A stretch of DNA of 64,000 nt. It comes from the human T2T-CHM13v2.0 reference genome, Homo sapiens. Of the stretch, positions 55,399 through 64,000 are shown one piece after another. The translations under genes and the position numbers were made by a program. Within the stretch, counting starts at the first letter, position 1; the number at the start of each line of letters is the position of its first letter. The notes beneath the pieces are model-generated. The model ran no database searches. It saw nothing but the letters and a program-made list of their open reading frames with translations, and was not told where the DNA came from. The stretch lies in the NCBI RefSeq assembly GCF_009914755.1, contig NC_060942.1, one strand, 5' to 3'.

Positions 55399-56106
55399 TA
55401 AAGTAGGTGGTGTTAAAATGCTTAGTAAGAAAAAAAAGAATTTATCTCTTTATTAGGACATGGGAAGCCAGGGTTCTAAAACAGTCACTAAAGACAATTG
55501 TGGTGAAATATGTGCAGATATTTATGTAAAAGTAAATTTGTCAATTGTAGTTTAGGTGGAAAAACAACCAAATAGATTACAAGCATATACTAGTCATCAT
55601 TTCTGCTCATATTAATGTAACTTGGTATATCTATTCACATACAGATCGACTTTCTGAATGTACGATTAAATCCCTAGAAAAGGATGATTTTCTTATAGTT
55701 GGTTTGTGATTATCTACATCTGCTATTCAGTTGTAAAGTTTGTTGAAAGAAAGCCTTCTTATTCATCTTTGCCATTTTTCTATAGCATATATTGTAGGAT
55801 CAGCAATGAGTAAATATTCATTGAATACATACATGAGTAAATTAATCAAATTGCTATATAAAGAAAACTTTATTCAGGGGAAATTAAAAATGCCCATGCG
55901 AAGTTAAGTTTCTTCCCTTCGTACTCTGAGGTATACAATATGTTTTTGGATATCATGAATCAGTAAGAATGTTTAGGAGGCCATGCCATTCTGGTCAAAT
56001 CTGAACAAGGGCAGGATTACTCCTTTCTCTGAAGTTACTAGCATTAGTATTGTGTAGGTTTTGCATGTAGATCTCGTATATGCTTTGTGAAGTATTTACC
56101 TAAGTA

Positions 56107-56140
56107 TTAGTTGGTGCAAAAACAATTTTGCTATTAGTTT
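56107..56140. mobile_element. Possible MADE1 (mariner MITE) remnant
   Basis: ttagttggtgcaaaa resembles the MADE1 terminus TTAGGTTGGTGCAAAA, following a TA; the second TIR is not visible. Confidence 0.3.
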
Positions 56141-57359
56141 ATTGCATTTTTTTGAAGTGAGTATAAATGTCATTGTGCTTTTAACTTCGTTTTCTACACG
56201 TTCATTGTTAGCATATAGAAATGTGAGTAAATGTGTTATCTTGTATCCTCTGATCTTGCTAAACACACATATTAGTTTTAGAAGGTCTTGTTTTTTGTAG
56301 ATTTCTTTTCTCCATATACAATCGTGTCATTTGCAAATTGTAATAGTTTTATTTCTTCCTTCCTTATGTGTATGCCTTTTATTTCCTTTTGTGGCTTGTT
56401 GGTCTGGTTAGAACTCTCACTACTATTTTGAACACGTGGAGAGAGCAGACGGCCTCTTTATTTTCTGATAGTGGGGAAAACATTCACCATTCGGTACAAC
56501 GTCAGCTGTGGGGTTTTGTTGATGTAATTCTTCTGCGTTCCTAGTTTGCTGCAAGTTTTTATCATTAACGGATGTTGGATTTGTCAAATGCTTTTTCTGC
56601 AGCAATTATCAGGATCACATATTTTTTTCTTCTTTAGACTGTTGATATGGTAATTACATTGATTAATTTTGATGTTAAATTAGCCATGCACTTGTTCATT
56701 TTATACTCTTTTTATTCATTAATTTGCTAATAATTTGACAGTGATACTGTTGAAGTTCATGAGAGGTATTTGTCTGCAGTTTTGATCAGTGTATACTGTG
56801 TTTGGTTTTGGTATCGTTAATACTGGCCTCATAAAATGAGTATAAAAATGTTTCTTTCTCTTCTATTTTTGGGAAGAGATTTGTGAAATTGGTGTTAATT
56901 CTTAAAAGTGCAGTCAGATTTTTCAGTGAAACCATCTGAGCCTGGAGGTTTCCTTTTGGGAGCTCATTAATTACGAATTCAATTTCTTCAATGGTTATGG
57001 TGCTATTTAGATGATCTATTTAATCTTGGTTGAGTTTTGGTGGTTTGCGACATGGTAGACAGAATTACAGCATCTCAAGGATATCCACATTATAATCCCC
57101 AGAATGACTTAGGTTACACGGCAAAGAGGAATGAAGATGACACGTGAAATTCAGATGCTAATAACCCCCAGCTTAAAATAAGGAGATTGTCCGTGTTATC
57201 CAGATGGGCCCAATGTCATCAAAAGAGTCCTTAGAAGGGGAAGAGGAAGGCAGGAGAGAACCAATAAAGATGGCAGCTAGGGAACTCCCGAGTTCAATGT
57301 TGCTGGCTTTGGAGATAGAAGAAGGGGCCACAGCCTGAGAATGAGTACAGCCTTTAAAG

Positions 57360-57865
57360 CAGGGGTCCCCAACCCCGTTAGGAACTGGACCGCAGCAGGA
57401 GGTGAGTGAGTGGTGAGCGAGCGAAGCTTTATCTGTGTTTACTGCTACTCCCCATCACTCGCATTACCACTTGAGCTCCGCCTCCTGTCAGATCAGCGGT
57501 GGCATTTGATTGTCACAGGAGTGCGACCCCTATTGTGAACTGCACATGCGAGGGATCTAGGCTGCAAACTCCTTATGAGAATCTAATGCCTGATGTTTGG
57601 CCACTGTCTCCCATCACCCCCAGATGGGACCGTCTAGTTGCAGGAAAACAAGCTCAGGCCTCCCACTGATTCTACATTATGGTGAGTATGTATAATTATT
57701 TCATTATATATTGCAATATAATAATAAAATAAAGTGTACAATAAATGTAATGCACTTGACTCATCCTGAAACCATTTTCTTCCTTATGCTGCCCTACCCT
57801 TGGTCTGTGGAAAAATTGTCTTCCACAAAACTGGTCCCTGGTGCCAAAAAGAGTGGGGACTGCTG
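57360..57865 (+). mobile_element. MER1A hAT-Charlie element
   Basis: Termini caggggtccccaacc and gtggggactgctg; internal gagctccgcctcctgtcagatcagcggtggcatt and ctagttgcaggaaaacaagctcagg. Confidence 0.92.
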
Positions 57866-57887
57866 CTCTAGAAGGCCAAAAAGGTAA

Positions 57888-58253
<366 letters not shown>

Positions 58254-59399
58254 TCACAACCTGCTTTTACCCCCATGAGACCCATTTCATACTTCTGATT
58301 TTGAGAACTGTGAGATAATAAACTTCTGTTTTTTATGCTACTAGGTTTCTGATAATTGTCATGGTAGCCATAAAAAAGAGTACCATGCATTTTGAGAAAC
58401 TGGTTTATCTTCTCTAACTCATTAAATTTATTAGCATGAATTTGATCATAGCATTCCCTGAATATGCTTTTAATGGCTGTAGGACCAGTAGTAATACCTT
58501 GTTACCTTCTGATTGTTGATCAGTTATTTCTTCTTTTTACTTTTATCATTTTGCTACAGTATTATCATTTAAAAAAATTTTTCTGATGAACAAGGTTTTT
58601 GTTTCATAAGTTTTCTCTATTTTCCTTTGTTCAGTTTTATTGATTTCTGCTCTGTAACATTTGTATTATATATATCATTTATTTTATATGTATTAATTTC
58701 TTCCTTATGCTGTTTCATTTTATCGTAATCATTTTCCAGCTTCTTGATGTAGAATTGTTGTTAATTTGTGACCTGTCTCTTCTAACGTAACCATGTAGTG
58801 CTGTAAATATACCATCATCACAGCAGTATTGCACATATGTTGACATGTTGTATTTTCACCTTCTTCCAGTTATCTTTTTTTTTGTTAAATATCCTTCGAG
58901 ACTTCCTCTTTGGACCATGAGTTATTTAGAAGTGTCATGTTTAATTTCCAAGTATTTAGAGAACTTCCTGTTGTTGTTCGGTTTGTGATTTCTAGCTGGA
59001 TTCCGTTATGATTTGAGCACATGCCCTGTAAGATTTCAATTCTCTTAATTTTGTTTGGGTTTGTTTTTCTATGCCAGGATATGATCTATCTTTGCGAATG
59101 CTTCATGGGCGCATGAAAATAAATGTGTGTTCTCCTGATGTTGGCTGCAGTGTTTATGCCAATTAATTCAGTAGGTTGATCATGTTGTTTAGATCTTCTG
59201 TGTGCTTGCTGAATTTTTGCCTAGTAGTTTTATCAGTTACTGAGAAGGCGGTGAGAACGTCCTCAACTCTAACTGTGGATTTGCTGATCACTGTTCAACT
59301 CCATCCGGTTTACCCCTCATGCATTTTGAGGCTCTGTCTTTTGTTGTATTTCCATTCAGGGATTGTGCGTCTTCCTGGTATATTGATCCTTTTATCATT

Positions 59400-62270
59400 G
59401 TTGACTAGGGACACATTCTTTTAGTTTTCCTTTTTCTGAGAATATCTTTAATTTCCTTCATTCTTGAAATATAGTCTCACTGGATATAGCCTCCACAGTT
59501 GATAGTTCCTTTCTTTCAGCCATTAAAATGTGTGTCATTTCCTTCTGGCCTCTACTGCAACAGTTGAGAAACCCGCTGCCATTTGAACTGATGTTTTCCT
59601 ATAATTTAATGTCTTTTCTTTCTGGCTATTTTCAAAATTTTTTCTTTGGCTCTATTTTTCAGGATTTTGACTATCACATCTGTCTTGGCATGGATTTCTT
59701 TAGGTTTATGAGGTTGAGCTTCACTCAGGGTTTTGAATCTGTAGGTTTATTTCTTTTGAAAAATTTGGAACTTTTACAACTGCAATTTCTGGGACTATTC
59801 TTTCAGCCCTACTCTCTCCTTTTTGTATAAGACAATGGTATATGCATGTTTGACCTCATGTGTGCCTGAGGTTCTGTTTCTGTCCTTTTTATTTTTTTAG
59901 TCTGTTTTTTTCTCTCTCTTGCCCAAATTTGGAAAATTCTCCTAATCTATCATCAAGTCCACCAGTTCCATCCTGTTTCATCTCCACTCACCACTGAGAT
60001 CATCCAACAGATTTTACTTTCCTTAAACACTCACACCACACACCCCTGATGATTGCAGCTGTGTAGTTAATTTTGAAATTGGGTCCTTCAACTTTGTTCT
60101 TCATTTGCAAGATGGTTTTGGCTATTCTTGGTTCATGGTATTTCCTTAAATGCCAGATCCACTTGCCAATTTCTATAAAAAAGATACTGGGATGAGATAG
60201 AAATTGCACTGAATCTCAAGGTAAATTGGAACATACTGCCGTTTTAACATTATCAAGTCTTATAATGTATGAACACAGATTGTCTTTATTTATTTAGGTT
60301 TTGTTTAATTTCTTTCAATGATGTTTTGTAGTTTTTCAGTTGTACACGTCTTGTTCTTTTTTGGTTAAATTTATTCCTTGGTATATTATTCCTTTGGTGC
60401 TATTGTAAATTAAGTTGTTTTCTTAACTCACTTTTGGATTTTTTGAATTGCTACCATGTGGAATTAAAATGAAAATTTGTATATTGATCTTGTGTGCAGC
60501 AATCTTACTGAACTCGTTTATGTGCTCTAGTGTGTGTTTGTGTTTTGTCATGAAAATGTTGCGTTTCTCATGGCTTATATTATCCATGGCTTTTGTCCTT
60601 TATTCTATTAATATGGTGTATTACATAGATTGGGTTTGGTATGTTGAAACAACCTTGCATTACTAGGATAAATCTCAGTTGGTCAAGATGTATGATTCTT
60701 TTTATATGCTGTTACATTTTGTTTGCTTGATTTTTTTTGAGCCGTTTTGCATTTATATCTTTAAAGGATGTTGTTCTATATTTTTATTCTTCTCTGATGT
60801 CTCTGGCTCTGTTGTCGGGGTAATTCCATTCTTATAGAATGAGTTAGGAAGATTTACCTTCTTTATCTGTAGAAGTGTTTGCGATAAGTTGATACTAATA
60901 TGTCTTTTAAGTTTGGAAGGATTCATCTGTTAGATCATCTGGTTCTGGTTTTTCCTTTGTGTAAAGTTTTTTGATTATGGATTCTATGTCTGCTTATTAT
61001 GCATTTATTCAGCTTGCTGATTTTTGAGCCACTTTTAGTAGCTTGCATCTTTCTAGGAATTTGTCCATTTAGGTTATATAATTTGTTGACTTTTTATTCT
61101 CTATTTATTTCTGCCCTGATCTTTATTATTTCCCCTTTTCTTCCTACAGGGGATGTAAATTGCTATGTTCTTCTATTTTTTTTAGAAGAATGGTTAGGTT
61201 ATTGGTGCCAGTTCTTTCTTACTTTTCTTAGAAATGTTTACGGCCATGAATCTCCCTCTACACACTAGTTTAATTGCATCGTGTCAATTTTTCTATGTTG
61301 TATTTTCTTTTTTATTCTTCTCAAAGTATTTTCTAATTTCACTTGTGATTTCCTTGACTCATTATTTATTCTTGTAGTGTGCTAATTTCTACCTTTAAAG
61401 ACTGCCCGTGTTTCCTTTTAATTTATTTTTAATGTAATTTCTTTGTTGTTGGAGAACATACTTTGAATAATTTCCATCCTCTTAAATCAATTGAGACACG
61501 TGTTGTGACTTAATATATGGCCTGTTCTGGAGAATCCTCCATGTGCACTTGAGAGGAATCCATACTCTGCTTTCGTTGGGTGAAGATTCTGTAGGAATTC
61601 ATTGGTTTTGGCTGATTTACAGTATTTTTCAAGTCTTGTATTTTCTTGTTCATATTCTGTTTATTGATTTGAAAGTTGAGTAATTACTTATCCAACTATT
61701 ATTATCATATTGTTTCTTTATTGCTTCAATTCTTTCCATTCTTCATGTATTTGAGACTTTCTTGTTGGATGCATACATGTTTATAATTGTTATTTATTCT
61801 GAATGTACTGATCCTTTATTATAAAATGTCTTTCACTTTTTCTAGTAAAATATTTTTTGTCTTAAAGCCTATTTTTTCACAAATTAGGATGCCCTTCTAG
61901 TTCTTTTTTGTGGGGTGTGGGGGTGTCTTTGCATGAGATATCTTCTTCAGTTCTTTTACTTTCAATACCTTTTTGTCTTTGAATAAAAACTATGTCTCTT
62001 ATAGAAAACCTAGTTTTATTATGCTTTTAAAAAATTCATTTGGGCTGTTTTTTTAATTGGATTGTTTGATCGATTTACATTTAATGCTATTATTTATTGG
62101 GTTTTAATTTGCCATTTTGCTGTTTTCTGTATGTCTTACATATTGTGTTCAATTCTATTACTGTCTTCTTTTGCATGAAATAATTTATAGTATGTCATTT
62201 TAATTTCCTTGTTATATATATACATATGTGTCAAATATATACACATATACATACACGTGCATATGTGTGT

Positions 62271-62314
<44 letters not shown>

Positions 62315-62870
62315 TTTTAGGGGTTGCCCTGAGTATTATAATGAGCATCTTTACTGTAACAATCTAGTTTGGAGTAACATAAAATTAACTCCAACTCACA
62401 GAAAAACATTGCTCCTTTATAGCTCTGCTTCCCCCCCTCCCTCTTGCTATTATTTTCACATTAATTACATCTTTATGCCTTATACACCTAGTAACACAGA
62501 TTTGTAATTTTTGCCTTATGAAGTTGGTTTTTGAATGAAATAGGAGAAAAAAGTTATCAAGAAAAAATATTTTATTGTCTTTGATTTTTAGCTGTGTAAT
62601 TATCTTTATGGGCACTCTTTGTTCCCTCATGTGGATTGGAGATGTGCTGTCTGTTCATCTCAGCCTAAAGGACTGTCTTTTGTGTTTCTTATAAAGCAGG
62701 TTCTTCATTGGTTTGGTCTTGAAATGTCTTAAACTCACGTTAATTTTTGAGGTCAGCTTTGCATCATATGGTATTCTTAGTTGGCCATCTTTCTTTTAGC
62801 ACTTTGAAGATGCTTCCTACTGTCTTCTGGCCTTCATGGTTTCCGATGGGAAATCAGCTGCTTATCTTAC
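59400..62870 (-). mobile_element. Several old L1M fragments (ORF1 and ORF2 regions)
   Basis: ORF 60000-60209 PRIAKTILQMKNKVEGPNFK matches L1 ORF2 PRIAKTILKKNKVGG; continuous antisense L1-like tracts to about 62870. Confidence 0.75.
62215..62312. repeat. (TA/CA)n-(TG)n purine-pyrimidine microsatellite
   Basis: Interrupted ta/ca repeats followed by a long tg run (62265-62312). Confidence 0.93.
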
Positions 62871-64000
62871 TGACTTGACACCATAGGCGATTTAAAATTC
62901 CATAATAACACTGAAGATTGTGTAACATATCTCAAGGGTTAGCACTCTTTAAATAATTTATTTTTTCTTGCATAAGCATTTACATTTATGAATTTATCAA
63001 ATACTGACCATCTTTAGAATTATACTTTAAATGCTTATTGATTTATCATTATAATACAATTTCTATAATCGCTTTATATATTGTCTACAATTGGCATGCC
63101 CATGATTATAAACAATCACACCCTGGATAATTACATATTTTCCCATCCCCTAGAAGTGTTATCGACATTCATCCTGTTACTATTATTTCTGAGACAATGC
63201 GCTATTTCCTCACTTTGTAAAGGAAGCAAGTTGATGTTACTTGTCTTGGCGGGAGTCGGGTGTGTCCTGTGGGTATTTTGGTAAACAGGATTCTGATTGC
63301 ATCAAGACACTGACTCATTATCAACTCACAGAGTCAAACTGGGGATGAAGGAAATAGACAAAAGAGAGTGTGCAGTTTGTCTCCTATGAGTTGTTAAGAA
63401 CAACAAACTCTTGTAATAAAAATTACACATTTTGGAAATTGTAGCATTATAAATATGCTTGTCTAATAAGCTTTAAGTAAGTCAGTAAATATACAACTAT
63501 TACTGGTATTATTTCTTCCCCTGAGTACTCAGCCCCTCAGAAGTTAGCACAGTACACATGAAAGGGATAGCGTAACTGTCAGTGGAGACACAATGCGTTC
63601 CTGTTCCTCAGGCAAGGAGCACGGCAGCAGGCCAGGAATACGCAGAACCCATACAGGTCACTCTGTTATTGTGGTCATACGTGCACAATGGAGATTAAAT
63701 TGTCAGCTTTCTGCAAGGGGCAAAAGCGCCTGCCTCTAAGTAGGACAAAGTCCCTAATGAAGTATTCAGTTGGTCTTTGTATACTTATAACCAATGGAAG
63801 GTAAGTTCTATGGAAAATCTATAAACACGAGAAGGACATTATATAGTAATTAATATTCAGGGACTTCACACACATGTTAAAAAAAGAGTGGGAGATGAGT
63901 GGATTGTGGTCAAGATAAGAATGAGATGAGTTATCATGAGGGGTTGAATCAGCATGAAGAGGAGCATTTTGTAGAGTTGTCTTTTTGTCTTTTAGACTTT

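Overview
Repeat-rich, non-coding primate DNA, human or a close relative, judged from AluY/S/J, L1PA/L1PB, THE1, MLT and MER elements. I find no supportable protein-coding exon, RNA gene or CRISPR array; the longer ORFs in the track are decayed L1/ERVL/Alu sequence or artefacts of tandem repeats. The main contents are a near full-length minus-strand L1PB (18.6-25.6 kb) with a nested 5'-inverted L1PA, a decayed ERVL-like provirus (5.4-8.2 kb), three THE1 LTRs, many older L1M/L2/MIR/MLT/MER relics, four minisatellites and several short tandem dimers. The most unusual structure is a 529-bp inverted duplication (46302-46830 / 47727-48255, 6 mismatches, no indels, 896-bp spacer) that copies an Alu together with its flank and sits in a CpG-rich domain. 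It is a candidate flippable micro-inversion and, if transcribed, a long dsRNA hairpin. Other leads are an RE1/REST-like site inside an L2, a 50-bp VNTR with 250-bp higher-order structure, a G4-type minisatellite and a three-armed Alu. I see no evidence for a new gene-encoded biological system. Repeat subfamily calls come from recalled consensus motifs, not from a RepeatMasker run, and boundaries of old repeats are approximate.
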